The notes under the pieces were generated by a model. That model searched no databases. It saw only the letters and a list, made by a program, of their open reading frames with translations, and had not been told where the DNA came from. From Xenorhabdus bovienii (GTDB lineage: Bacteria; Pseudomonadota; Gammaproteobacteria; Enterobacterales; Enterobacteriaceae), in assembly GCF_024721015.1 (NCBI RefSeq), contig NZ_JANAIF010000027.1, forward strand, positions 1 through 32,000: a stretch of DNA of 32,000 nucleotides. Direction: 5' to 3'. Of this stretch, positions 14,499 to 23,181 are shown piece after piece (position 1 is the first letter of the stretch; each line of letters begins with the position of its first letter). Both the position numbers and the translations under genes were made by a program.

Positions 14499-14564
14499 CT
14501 CTTATCTTTTTGTCTCCGACCATCTGACTATCTCGTTGTGTTGCGTTCTGCGCCCGTTGGGTTC
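14499..14564 (+). repeat. Degenerate copy F of the 5' part of the GC-rich module
   Basis: CTCTTATCTTTTTGTCTCCGACCATCTGACTATCTCGTTGTGTTGCGTTCTGCGCCCGTTGGGTTC aligns to 5838-5902. Downstream sequence has diverged and carries GC hairpins (for example 14648-14667). Confidence 0.75.
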
Positions 14565-14805
14565 ATGGTTAGGAAATTGAATCTCTGAGGGTTATATTCC
14601 CCGCCCCTTGGGGCGAACTACCCTGTAGTTGACTATTGGTTTTGATACCCCGCTGCTTGCGGCGGGGTTGTTCATTCATTTATTTTAAGCTCTCTATAAG
14701 ATTCTTCTTCTTTTTTTATAAACTCATTTAAAAAACAATAGAAATCATTTGGATTATCCTTGTGTGCTTTATATGAAAAAATAAGAGCGTTTTTTACTCA
14801 AATAA

Positions 14806-14841
14806 TTTGCATTTTGATACATATTTGTATTATAATGCAAA
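14806..14841 (+). promoter_or_regulatory. higBA-like promoter with an 8-bp inverted repeat
   Basis: TTGCAT (14807-14812), 18 nt, TATAAT (14831-14836). TTTGCATT (14806-14813) pairs with AATGCAAA (14834-14841). Confidence 0.65.
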
Positions 14842-14866
14842 TACAAGAAAGGAGGGGAAGGGAAAA

Positions 14867-15199
14867 ATGACCTATACCGTATTTTATCACCCAGAGGCTG
14901 AGATTGAAGCAGCAGAACTGCCATTTAATATCAAAGTTAAATACGATAAGGTGGTCGAAAAGTTAGAAGCAGATCCAACTAAGTTAAGAGAGCCACATAC
15001 AAAATCGTTAGGTGATGGTCTTTTTGAGCTGCGAACAATGGGAACGGATATTGCGCGAGGGATTTGGGTCTATCAATCAGGTCGCAACATAGTTATTTTA
15101 AGAGTTTTTATTAAAAAAACACAAAAAGTCTCACGGCATGATATCGAATTGGCTAAGTCCAGATTAAAGGAGTTGCTTAATGAAACTAAAAACGCATAG
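14867..15199 (+). CDS. HigB/Gp49-like (RelE superfamily) type II toxin
   Basis: AGGAGGGG lies before the ATG at 14867. GDGLFELRTMGTDIARGIWVYQSGRNIVILRVFIKKTQK matches the Gp49/HigB pattern. The gene overlaps the downstream XRE gene. Confidence 0.75.
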   Translation: MTYTVFYHPEAEIEAAELPFNIKVKYDKVVEKLEADPTKLREPHTKSLGDGLFELRTMGTDIARGIWVYQSGRNIVILRVFIKKTQKVSRHDIELAKSRLKELLNETKNA

Positions 15200-15458
15200 A
15201 GAACTACACGAAGAATGGGTGAAAGATCCAGAATACCGCGCAGCATACGAAGAAGAAACCAGAAAAGAGCGATTACAAGAAACCTTGCAACAATGGCGGG
15301 AACATGCAGGATTAACCCGTCAGGAAATCGCTAAAATTATGGGGGTTAATCCTTCAACCGTAAGCCGGATGGAATCTAACGTTGACAAGGCCAGTATCAG
15401 TACATTAGCGCGTTATGCAAAGGCGTGTGGTGTTGAACATCCCATTATTATGTTATAG
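15180..15458 (+). CDS. HigA-like XRE-family HTH antitoxin
   Basis: AGLTRQEIAKIMGVNPSTVSRMES is HTH-like. Toxin-first gene order with a 20-nt overlap. Confidence 0.75.
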   Translation: MKLKTHRELHEEWVKDPEYRAAYEEETRKERLQETLQQWREHAGLTRQEIAKIMGVNPSTVSRMESNVDKASISTLARYAKACGVEHPIIML

Positions 15459-15476
15459 GAAATTTGAAAGGGATTA

Positions 15477-15518
15477 GTCCCGTTTTACTTTTCGGGCGCA
15501 AAGTAAAACGGGACTTTT
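15477..15518 (+). terminator. Strong rho-independent terminator (15-bp stem)
   Basis: GTCCCGTTTTACTTT / AAAGTAAAACGGGAC followed by TTTT. Confidence 0.85.
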
Positions 15519-15650
15519 GTGGTCAAGATCGTACTTCGCCTGTAGCACTGGAGGGGCAACGATAGAAACGCTTATTAACGTTTACTCGCTTAATTTTTCC
15601 GCTTAATTTTTCCGCTTGATGAAATTGGAGCGTTAACGACGCGTTCAAAA

Positions 15651-16247
15651 TCACAGTGTGTACCAAACTAAAATCTGAGAGCCTATAACAATCACAGCAG
15701 CGCCTACAATCAAAATCCAATTAGCTTGTCGGTTGGTTTCCTTAATCGTTTTTACGCCCTCAGAAAACACCTTATCTTTAGCTTCTCTGAGTTCTTTTTC
15801 AAACACATGAACGTTATCACGCATTGATTGTGCGATAGTGTTTAGTGCCATACTGTTAATAGTTTCGACTTTAATTTGTAAAGCATCAACCTCTTGATTT
15901 ACTTGTTCGCGGGTTTCTGTTAACACATCACGAAAAAGCGCAACTTGCTGATCGAGGTTTTGAGGTAAATCCCCAATTGCGCCATGAATGGCATCAAGTT
16001 TTTTTGATAATTCATCAATAGAGACTTTGATTTGTTTTGCTACCCGATCATCAATTGTTTCCGGCAGGTCATTTGAAAGGCTTTTTAATTGCTTTTCTAA
16101 CTCATAACTCTGTTCTAATAAGCCATTCATAAAAAAGGCGCGTAGCTCGGGGTTTTCTTGTAATGCATCCAATGCTCTTGCCATATTTAACCCTTTTAAT
16201 GGGGATTCTTTATTGTCGATAACATTGTTACTTTCAATTTCAGACAT
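15651..16247 (-). CDS. Coiled-coil protein with a C-terminal TM anchor (third gene of the Stb-like operon)
   Basis: Heptad-rich sequence ending in WILIVGAAVIVIGSQILVWYTL. Confidence 0.55.
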   Translation of the reverse strand: MSEIESNNVIDNKESPLKGLNMARALDALQENPELRAFFMNGLLEQSYELEKQLKSLSNDLPETIDDRVAKQIKVSIDELSKKLDAIHGAIGDLPQNLDQQVALFRDVLTETREQVNQEVDALQIKVETINSMALNTIAQSMRDNVHVFEKELREAKDKVFSEGVKTIKETNRQANWILIVGAAVIVIGSQILVWYTL

Positions 16248-16416
16248 AATTTAATCCTTTTTTTAAACCTAAGATAAACAAAATAAATAATAACCCGTTA
16301 ATGTTTCCATACATATTCCCTCATGAATCCCATTGTCGAATCCATGAATATATTTATGGGGTTGGGTTATTTCTGATTCAGACTAATAAGGGCGCGAGCG
16401 TTACACGCCCTTTTTA

Positions 16417-17148
16417 TTAAAATAATTTTAATTCTAATGAATCAAAAATATCTTGAAGATTCGATTGATAACTATCAAATCCCATTCGATAAAATTGTAG
16501 AAGTTGGAATTTAGATTTTTCTTTCGCATCTTTAGCTTCGGTAATCTGCTGTTTTAACGATTCCATATCTACACTTTTAATAAAACCATATTCAATATTG
16601 GCTTTTTTCAGTGTTTCAAACAGCGTAGTGTTATTGATGCCAATTAGCGGAATTTCAGAATAAAAAGAATAACCATATTCTTTTAAATCGTCACTGCAAA
16701 TCAGCGTTTCAAATTGTTTTAATAAATCTTTTTTTACATTTAAGCGGTTAAAAACCACTTTGATTTTTTCTGGATTAACACCAATATCAATTAATGTTTT
16801 AATTGTCGTGATGGTATCACGCTGCTGTTTTTCATCAGGCGTAACGGGAACAATAAACCAATCAATAAAAGAATGCGAACCCACAAATTCATTTTCGAGC
16901 TTATAGTTAAATACTTCAACGTTTGAAGCCCCAACATCAACTAAAACATTTTCAGAGGATAAAATGGATTGGAAAATCTCATCAAACAGATCAGCTCCTA
17001 ATTTTTCACCTGTGCTTTCCCCATCATCATTAAGGGTTTCAACACGGATCACATCAATACCGTCTAAACGAGGAACGAGCATATTTTGACAGATGGTAGT
17101 TTTTCCGACATTACCGCTGTTATTCATTACGATGATTTTCATATTCAC
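16417..17148 (-). CDS. ParA/StbB-like P-loop ATPase with an atypical Walker A
   Basis: MKIIVMNNSGNVGKTT shows a Walker A GKT but NSG in place of the KGG signature. ATGA overlap with the upstream gene. Confidence 0.75.
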   Translation of the reverse strand: MNMKIIVMNNSGNVGKTTICQNMLVPRLDGIDVIRVETLNDDGESTGEKLGADLFDEIFQSILSSENVLVDVGASNVEVFNYKLENEFVGSHSFIDWFIVPVTPDEKQQRDTITTIKTLIDIGVNPEKIKVVFNRLNVKKDLLKQFETLICSDDLKEYGYSFYSEIPLIGINNTTLFETLKKANIEYGFIKSVDMESLKQQITEAKDAKEKSKFQLLQFYRMGFDSYQSNLQDIFDSLELKLF

Positions 17149-17684
17149 GAATCCTTTTTCAATATATGTGAAAATTCTTTTTGCATATTTTCTTTATCGA
17201 TAGATTGACAATGATTTTTAATCTTACTTTCAACTATCGATCTATCTTGAAAAGTCATTACGCCTAACGATTTTAATGTTTCCAAATCGATATCGTATTT
17301 ATCTATAAGATTTAATGAAATTCGGTTAAGATTTTTAAAATTCTTAAACGAATCTGATTTTTTGTTTTCGACATTATCACCTTTTTGAAGTGGTTCTGTC
17401 GATGGCTTTTTTTCTTCAATACTACTTTTTTCTTTTATAAGTGTATTTTTTGATTTTAATGTTTTATTAATGGCGCTTTTCTTCGATGCCCGATAAAACA
17501 TATTAGTTAAAAAACTTTCTTTAATTTGTAAACTTGTATTTTGATTAATGAAGTTAGTCACTGCACTCCATCCATACAAATCTTTAGATAACACTAAATC
17601 TTCATAATATAAATCGATACACTTTTGAATTGACTTAAATCGATTCTCTGATATCGCTTTGCATAAAGCATCTAGTTCTTTCAT
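17145..17684 (-). CDS. Putative StbA-like DNA-binding or adaptor protein (first gene of the operon next to oriT)
   Basis: GAGGTG lies 5 nt before the ATG at 17684. The call rests on position relative to the repeats and the ParA-like gene only. Confidence 0.4.
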   Translation of the reverse strand: MKELDALCKAISENRFKSIQKCIDLYYEDLVLSKDLYGWSAVTNFINQNTSLQIKESFLTNMFYRASKKSAINKTLKSKNTLIKEKSSIEEKKPSTEPLQKGDNVENKKSDSFKNFKNLNRISLNLIDKYDIDLETLKSLGVMTFQDRSIVESKIKNHCQSIDKENMQKEFSHILKKDS

Positions 17685-17736
17685 TTTTTCACCTCTATAA
17701 GAGGATATCACGTTAAAAATAATAGTCAACGTAACA

Positions 17737-17829
17737 ATGCTTTAAATATGCTTTAAATATGCTTTAACTATGCTTTTTTTCATGGTTAATGCTTTGTTTT
17801 TGCATTATATATGCTTTAAAAATGCTTTA
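17737..17829 (+). repeat. Seven ATGCTTT(A/T/G) repeats, mostly phased at 11 or 22 bp (centromere or operator-like)
   Basis: Starts at 17737, 17748, 17759, 17770, 17789, 17811 and 17822. Confidence 0.8.
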
Positions 17830-17869
17830 TTAATAACAACTAAATTCTGACAGTGATAATTACAGGCAC

Positions 17870-17938
17870 GAGGGCGATGTATACATTAAGCTAAAGCTTC
17901 ATGTATAATCGACGTGCTTAGGGGGAAAGTCCCCCTAA
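17870..17938 (-). other. oriT: Candidate oriT: two inverted repeats plus a CGCCCTC nic-core-like motif on the minus strand
   Basis: IR1 is ATACATTAAGCT (17881-17892) / AGCTTCATGTAT (17895-17906). IR2 is TTAGGGGG (17918-17925) / CCCCCTAA (17931-17938). The minus strand reads ...AATGTATACATCGCCCTCGTG after IR1. Confidence 0.45.
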
Positions 17939-17989
17939 TACCCCCGCGAAGCGGCTTTAATTGGAAATTAAAGGAGTCTCTACGAGCCT

Positions 17990-18346
17990 ATGAAAGAATC
18001 AAAAATAGAAAGAAAAAACATGGTGTCGTTTAGATTAACTGATGAAGAGTACGCACCATTTAAAGAAATCATTGAAAAAATGGATGTCAGCAAGAGTGAG
18101 TTTTTTCGCATGATGGTACTTGGTCAGGTTGAGGCAATTCCAAAGCTTCAAACCCGAAAACCGCCAGAGTATGACCGCATTCTCTTTTTAGTGAATAAAA
18201 CGAGCAACAACGTTAATCAGATTGCCAAACAAATTAACATTGCTTACAAAGAAAACACCGTGACCGAAAAACAGTTAACCGATTGGTATCGCAAATTGAG
18301 TATCATTACTGACAACTTAACGATAGGGATAGAACGTGTTAAGTAG
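17990..18346 (+). CDS. mobC: MobC-family relaxosome accessory protein
   Basis: VSFRLTDEEYAPFKEIIEKMDVSKSEFFRMMVLG...NNVNQIAKQIN matches the MobC family pattern (RHH-like N-terminus plus NxNQiAr). Confidence 0.8.
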   Translation: MKESKIERKNMVSFRLTDEEYAPFKEIIEKMDVSKSEFFRMMVLGQVEAIPKLQTRKPPEYDRILFLVNKTSNNVNQIAKQINIAYKENTVTEKQLTDWYRKLSIITDNLTIGIERVK

Positions 18347-21300
18347 AATTGGCGGTGGTAATAGTGGGATAGTTTATTACCTTGAAACAGGTCAAAAGCA
18401 AGGTCGTGAACTTGGGCGTGATGATTTAGACTATCGTTTATGTTTAGATGGGAACATCGAGCAATTAGATCATGTTATTGAAAGCATTCCAGATAAAGGA
18501 CAAGAACGCTATTTACACATTTCACTTTCTTTTCATGAAAGCCAAGTAAATGAAGAAACACTAAAAGCCGTTTGCGAAGAATACAAAACGCTTTTAATGA
18601 ATGCTTACGATAAAGACGAATATTGTTTTTATGCCGAAGCACACATTCCGAAAGTAAAAAATGTTGTCGATGAAAAAACGGGATTATTAATAGAAAGAAA
18701 GCCCCATATTCATATTGTGATCCCCGAAAAAAATTTATTAACAGGAAAACATTTAAATCCTAGAGGTCGTGGTGAATTCAATATTAAAAGCCTTGATGCC
18801 ATTCAAGAGCATATTAATAGTAAATTCAATTTAGCCAGTCCCAAAGATGGAGTTAGAGTAAGCGATCAGAACCATGCTAATGTATTATCCCGTATGAAAG
18901 GGGATTTGTTTAGTGAAGCTAAATCCGAGCTTAAACAAACGTTAATTTCTGACATTGAAAGTAAAAGCATTAAGACAGAAAAAGATTTTTTGACTCATTT
19001 ATCGCAATATGGGGAGGTGAAAACCTATAATCAAGGTAAATCAAATCAATATTATGGGGTTAAATTACCAGATGAAAGCAAGTTTACTCGATTAAAAATC
19101 CCATTATTTTCAAAACAATTTATTGAAACGCGGACTATTCCTTTAATCAAGCCAACTCCAAAGCAAATTGAAAAAGATTTAAACGAATGGTGCAATAAAA
19201 CCAGTCATGAAATAAAACATATTCATCCCGCAGGGGAAAGGTTGCGTAAAACCTACGCGAAATCAAGCGATCTTCAAAAAGCAGATATGCTTTTAACGTT
19301 AAGGAATCAATACAATGAGCGACACCAAATTGAACGAGAACCCAGAGAAAACCTTCATGGACAATTACAGCCCGGGAGAAATCCGCAGCGAGGTTTTACA
19401 CATCATATCCAAAGAACTCAATCCCGATCCGCGCCGGAGCGATTGTCATCTTTGCAAGAACGCAACATGGTTTACGAGCTACGAGGATTCGGGCAGCGCA
19501 AAACCGGACAATCTAACCCTGTATTGTCACCTAATGAACGTGGTGTTATTAAAAACGAACAAGATAGACAATATCATCGTAGCGGAATGCGACGGACATC
19601 GAATTCAAGAGGACGAGGAAGAATAACAAATCCAATTCAGCAATCATTAATGAAATTGGAAAATAAACCCTCTGAAAATGATTTAACGTTAATGCGAGAA
19701 ATCAGACAAACGATAAATCCTGAACGGTTTTTATCGTATTGCGTCAGTAAATATAATATTGACCCTGCATTGCATAAAGTGACGTTTGCAAAAGATAACA
19801 GCCCTCGATTTTGCGTTAGTAAACTAAATTTAAATGCGAGTGATTTTCTCACAAAACATTTAGGTTTATCGTGGGAAGATGCTAAAATAGACTTATTAAC
19901 GGTTAATGAATCTCAACAAAAAAATGAACCTTTCTTATCGGTTTTATCACGACCTCCATTAAATCGTGAGCAAGCAAAAGAAAGGTCTATTTCACGAGAA
20001 ACCGCGAAAAAAACATTAAACGTTTTTTACCGTGATGAAAAGAAAGCGTTGGAATTTGAATATCGAAAAGAATTGAAATCCATTTTTTCAATAAAAGATG
20101 TTCAAAAAAAAGAAGTTGAACGCGGCTTTTTAATGTTTAATCATTTAAAAGACATTGAAGCTTTAAATAAAATCACGCAGGAAAAACGCAGTGTTGTTAA
20201 TGCGATTCATAATCACTGGAATCCAAGTGATTTAGAACAGAAATTATTACTTGATAAAATGTTAACTGAAAGAGGAAATTACATGACCAATAAAATTATG
20301 AATGCTGATACTGATTTTAGTTTTGAAAAAGCAGTCACTCGCAAAAAACAATTTAATGAATTTGAAGAGCAAGTGAATTCAGGTAAAAAACTTACTGATT
20401 TAGTGGCATATAAAAAAGATAAGGAAGTCCAATATCTTGATCAAAAGACCAAACAAATGGTTTTTAAAGACACAGGTTCACATGTTGAAGCGAAAGGAAC
20501 AATCAGTAAAAATGAAGCCGCAATGATGCTGGAATACGCCAAAAAAAAATATGGCGGTGCATTACGTTTATCAGGCAGTGACGCTTTTAAAGAAACCCTC
20601 GCGCTTGCTGCTGCTGAAAAAGGCATGAATATTATTTTCACACCTGAAAAATATCATGAAATGATGTTAAAAGAGGTTGAACGCCTTAAAGAAATACAAA
20701 AACAGCAAAATACAAGTGATTTTAAAGAGCAAGATTCAAATACCATTAAAGAAAATACTAACATTAAAGTTGATTATCAGGTTAAATCTGAAAAAGAATC
20801 CGTTATTGAAAGTCCGCATGAAATCACAGTTGATAATACCCCTAAAAATACGTTATCTACGTTAGAAATGGAACCTGTTCATATCCCTGAAAGAAAAAAT
20901 AATGACCTTTCAGTTATGGCAAATAATGATGTACGAGCTTACGAGCAGAATAAGATTGCTGCTTATGAAATCATGTTTAAATCTCAACATAGCCCTGAAT
21001 ACGCTCAAGCATTAAAATCAGTGGGTGTTGATAAAGATACAATGCAAAACATTGAATTAATGGGTAGGCCAAGTCAAATCCCTGAGCAAGCGCGATTAGA
21101 CATTGAAAACAAAGTGAAAGCAATGGACTTTAACGTGTCTAAGTCTGATCTCGAAGCAATGGCAGCGCGTGATTTAAAGGCGGTAGAAAATCATAAAGTC
21201 ACTGCTTATGAAGTTATGCTTAAAATTGATTCTAATCCCGAATACGCTCAAGCATTATCGAAAATTGCGCCTAACGACGAGTTTATGAAAACAATTGAAA

Positions 21301-21875
21301 TAATGGCTAAATACTATCCAATGCCAGAGCAAGCAAAAAACAGTATTGAAGCCAAGCTTAAAGAGCAAGGATTTAATATTAATCCGAAACCAGAACAACA
21401 AAAACCAGCTACAGAAACGGCAACCATTGACGGAAAGAAATTCAATAAACTTATTGTTGTTCCAGTACAGAAAAACGATGGATTTGAAAGTAAAACGGAA
21501 TTTAAGGTTGCCTTTAAACAAGATGATAAGATGGTCACTCAATTAAAAGATGTGACTGAAAGTGATTTAAATCGTATGGGAATTGATACTAAAAATCTTG
21601 ATATGCGAAAAATTGAGCCAGTATCGATTAATATCACTAAATTAGCCAATCCACAGGTTGAATCACCGCTTAAACATGCTGAAAAACAACTTAACACGCA
21701 TGTTGACCACATGAAATCAAAAACGTGGTCACGTAGCGAATTTGACGAACTGAAAGAGCAACGTGGTAAACTGGATTCGAATGTTGAAAAGGCTAAATCT
21801 CAACATGCACCAGAACAAGCCCAACAGAACGAACAGAAGAAATCTCAAGAGCAAAATAAAGGGCGTAGTTTATAA
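18336..21875 (+). CDS. MobA/VirD2-family relaxase (1179 aa) with an LPD7-like domain and a duplicated C-terminal segment
   Basis: GIVYYLETG (candidate catalytic Tyr), HISLSFHESQ, and KPHIHIVIP (His cluster). FKDTGSHVEAKG...AKKKYGGALRLSGSDAFKETLALAAAEKG is LPD7-like. Roughly 65-aa repeats AYE(I/V)M(F/L)K...PEYAQAL...PEQA occur at about 20935-21125 and 21190-21385. Confidence 0.85.
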   Translation: MLSRIGGGNSGIVYYLETGQKQGRELGRDDLDYRLCLDGNIEQLDHVIESIPDKGQERYLHISLSFHESQVNEETLKAVCEEYKTLLMNAYDKDEYCFYAEAHIPKVKNVVDEKTGLLIERKPHIHIVIPEKNLLTGKHLNPRGRGEFNIKSLDAIQEHINSKFNLASPKDGVRVSDQNHANVLSRMKGDLFSEAKSELKQTLISDIESKSIKTEKDFLTHLSQYGEVKTYNQGKSNQYYGVKLPDESKFTRLKIPLFSKQFIETRTIPLIKPTPKQIEKDLNEWCNKTSHEIKHIHPAGERLRKTYAKSSDLQKADMLLTLRNQYNERHQIEREPRENLHGQLQPGRNPQRGFTHHIQRTQSRSAPERLSSLQERNMVYELRGFGQRKTGQSNPVLSPNERGVIKNEQDRQYHRSGMRRTSNSRGRGRITNPIQQSLMKLENKPSENDLTLMREIRQTINPERFLSYCVSKYNIDPALHKVTFAKDNSPRFCVSKLNLNASDFLTKHLGLSWEDAKIDLLTVNESQQKNEPFLSVLSRPPLNREQAKERSISRETAKKTLNVFYRDEKKALEFEYRKELKSIFSIKDVQKKEVERGFLMFNHLKDIEALNKITQEKRSVVNAIHNHWNPSDLEQKLLLDKMLTERGNYMTNKIMNADTDFSFEKAVTRKKQFNEFEEQVNSGKKLTDLVAYKKDKEVQYLDQKTKQMVFKDTGSHVEAKGTISKNEAAMMLEYAKKKYGGALRLSGSDAFKETLALAAAEKGMNIIFTPEKYHEMMLKEVERLKEIQKQQNTSDFKEQDSNTIKENTNIKVDYQVKSEKESVIESPHEITVDNTPKNTLSTLEMEPVHIPERKNNDLSVMANNDVRAYEQNKIAAYEIMFKSQHSPEYAQALKSVGVDKDTMQNIELMGRPSQIPEQARLDIENKVKAMDFNVSKSDLEAMAARDLKAVENHKVTAYEVMLKIDSNPEYAQALSKIAPNDEFMKTIEIMAKYYPMPEQAKNSIEAKLKEQGFNINPKPEQQKPATETATIDGKKFNKLIVVPVQKNDGFESKTEFKVAFKQDDKMVTQLKDVTESDLNRMGIDTKNLDMRKIEPVSINITKLANPQVESPLKHAEKQLNTHVDHMKSKTWSRSEFDELKEQRGKLDSNVEKAKSQHAPEQAQQNEQKKSQEQNKGRSL
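19315..19626 (+). CDS. Overlapping alternative-frame ORF inside the relaxase gene (103 aa); possible mobB-like nested gene
   Basis: AAGGA lies 9 nt before the ATG. The segment is locally GC-rich. The relaxase frame is R/Q/G-rich low complexity here, while this frame looks like balanced, globular sequence. Confidence 0.35.
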   Translation: MSDTKLNENPEKTFMDNYSPGEIRSEVLHIISKELNPDPRRSDCHLCKNATWFTSYEDSGSAKPDNLTLYCHLMNVVLLKTNKIDNIIVAECDGHRIQEDEEE

Positions 21876-21880
21876 CCCCG

Positions 21881-21915
21881 AAATCCCTGACTAGGTGTGT
21901 CCTAGTCAGGGATTT
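21881..21915. terminator. Perfect 15-bp hairpin between convergent genes
   Basis: AAATCCCTGACTAGG, loop TGTGT, CCTAGTCAGGGATTT. Confidence 0.75.
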
Positions 21916-21940
21916 AAATTCTTAAAATTACATTTTCGAT

Positions 21941-22141
21941 TCACAGCAACAACTCAGATTTGTTAATCATTTCATAATCATGATATTCACAAATTAAGAC
22001 TTTTTTACCATCAAAAACCGTGGTTAAACCGTGTCTTGATATGTTATTAGGCAGCTCACTTATATAAATTTCGGCATCATCAGGGCATTCATTAAGCGCA
22101 TCTTTAAGTTCTCTAACTGTTTTGAATTTGTGCTCAAGCAT
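21941..22141 (-). CDS. Hypothetical protein (66 aa), distal gene of the par operon
   Basis: ORF track; co-directional with and 5 nt downstream of the ParG-like gene. Confidence 0.45.
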   Translation of the reverse strand: MLEHKFKTVRELKDALNECPDDAEIYISELPNNISRHGLTTVFDGKKVLICEYHDYEMINKSELLL

Positions 22142-22146
22142 TGTAG

Positions 22147-22425
22147 TTACCTCATTACTTCTATTAAAAACTTAGCTTTATCGCTAGGTGATAGCGATTC
22201 AAAGGCAAGCAGTGAAGCCCGTAAAATGTTAATACGTTTCTTGCCTAGTCCGTTAGTTAGCCTGTCTAATCGTTCTAAGGTATCTTCATCCATGCGAAAA
22301 CCTACCATGATAGATTCTGTTTTTTTTGTCGGTTTTTTATCACCTTGGGCGATAAAATCATTAACCGTCTTACTTTCTGACTGTTCAATCGCTGGCGCGT
22401 GTTTTTTTAATTTATTTATATCCAT
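22147..22425 (-). CDS. ParG-like ribbon-helix-helix centromere-binding protein
   Basis: GAGGTGG lies before the ATG at 22425. The C-terminal IMVGFRMDEDTLERLDRLTNGLGKKRINILRASLL fits an RHH. Confidence 0.6.
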   Translation of the reverse strand: MDINKLKKHAPAIEQSESKTVNDFIAQGDKKPTKKTESIMVGFRMDEDTLERLDRLTNGLGKKRINILRASLLAFESLSPSDKAKFLIEVMR

Positions 22426-22490
22426 AATCCACCTCAATATCGAGTTAATCATTGATTAATCAATGATTTTCAATGGTTTTCAATGGTTTT

Positions 22491-23153
22491 TTAGCTATCT
22501 TGAATGGAATCAATGAGTTCAGCGAATAAAAGCTCTAATTGTGCTTTTGCTGACCCTACATTTTTTCCTTTAAGCTCATGCACTCCCAGCCCTTCATTTA
22601 TGGCTTTTTCAAAAGCCTTTAAGTTTGATATGCGTGTTTTGAATGGAGATAAAAGCAGGGGATCATCGTTAAGATATTGTGTGATTTTTACTGCATCATT
22701 ATTAAATGGTGAAGTAGGGCAACGATTAAGTAAAGCAAAGGCTTTTAGCTTTGTGTTTTCCTTTTTAGCTTCGTTCACAATGGATGATAATTTATTCAGT
22801 GTAACAACTTCTAACATGGATGTCGGGCTTACTGGAGCTATAAATACATCTGCAACAAGTAATGCACTGCGAAGCTCAACGCTATCATGTCCGGCAGTGT
22901 CTACCAATATTACATCTGTTACCCCGTGCAATTTGTTAATTTCTTTATGTGTATTGCTTCCGTAACAAGTCATAATTGGAATATCAGGAACGGGCTGTTC
23001 TCGTCGTAAACTTTGCCATGTATTCAAATCTTCGTTTTTGTCTGTTCGCACTAATGCGACAGACGCAGTTTTTTGTTGCAACATTACTGCTGAGTTTGCC
23101 GTAATTGTTGTTTTTCCTACACCACCTTTATCTGATCCAAAAACTATAATCAT
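22491..23153 (-). CDS. parA: Type Ib ParA partition ATPase
   Basis: MIIVFGSDKGGVGKTT is a deviant Walker A (KGGVGKT). The ATG at 23153 has an upstream GAGG. Confidence 0.85.
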   Translation of the reverse strand: MIIVFGSDKGGVGKTTITANSAVMLQQKTASVALVRTDKNEDLNTWQSLRREQPVPDIPIMTCYGSNTHKEINKLHGVTDVILVDTAGHDSVELRSALLVADVFIAPVSPTSMLEVVTLNKLSSIVNEAKKENTKLKAFALLNRCPTSPFNNDAVKITQYLNDDPLLLSPFKTRISNLKAFEKAINEGLGVHELKGKNVGSAKAQLELLFAELIDSIQDS

Positions 23154-23181
23154 TTTCCTACCTCTCATTGATGTTTATCAT

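Noticed and set aside
15523-15720. The 65-aa minus-strand ORF overlapping the end of the 15651-16247 gene
   Set aside because: It is Cys/Arg-rich, overlaps the 3' end of the better-supported gene, and covers a tandem CGCTTAATTTTTC repeat.
19637-21546. Short ORFs within or antisense to the relaxase gene (19637-19852, 20441-20641, 20677-20865, 21255-21542, 21314-21538, 21346-21546)
   Set aside because: They sit inside a long, intact and well-supported relaxase frame. Their sequences are low-complexity or hydrophobic, as is typical of off-frame AT-rich translation.
22130-22965. Plus-strand ORFs at 22130-22459 and 22504-22965
   Set aside because: They are antisense to the ParG-like and ParA genes, both of which have clear motifs.
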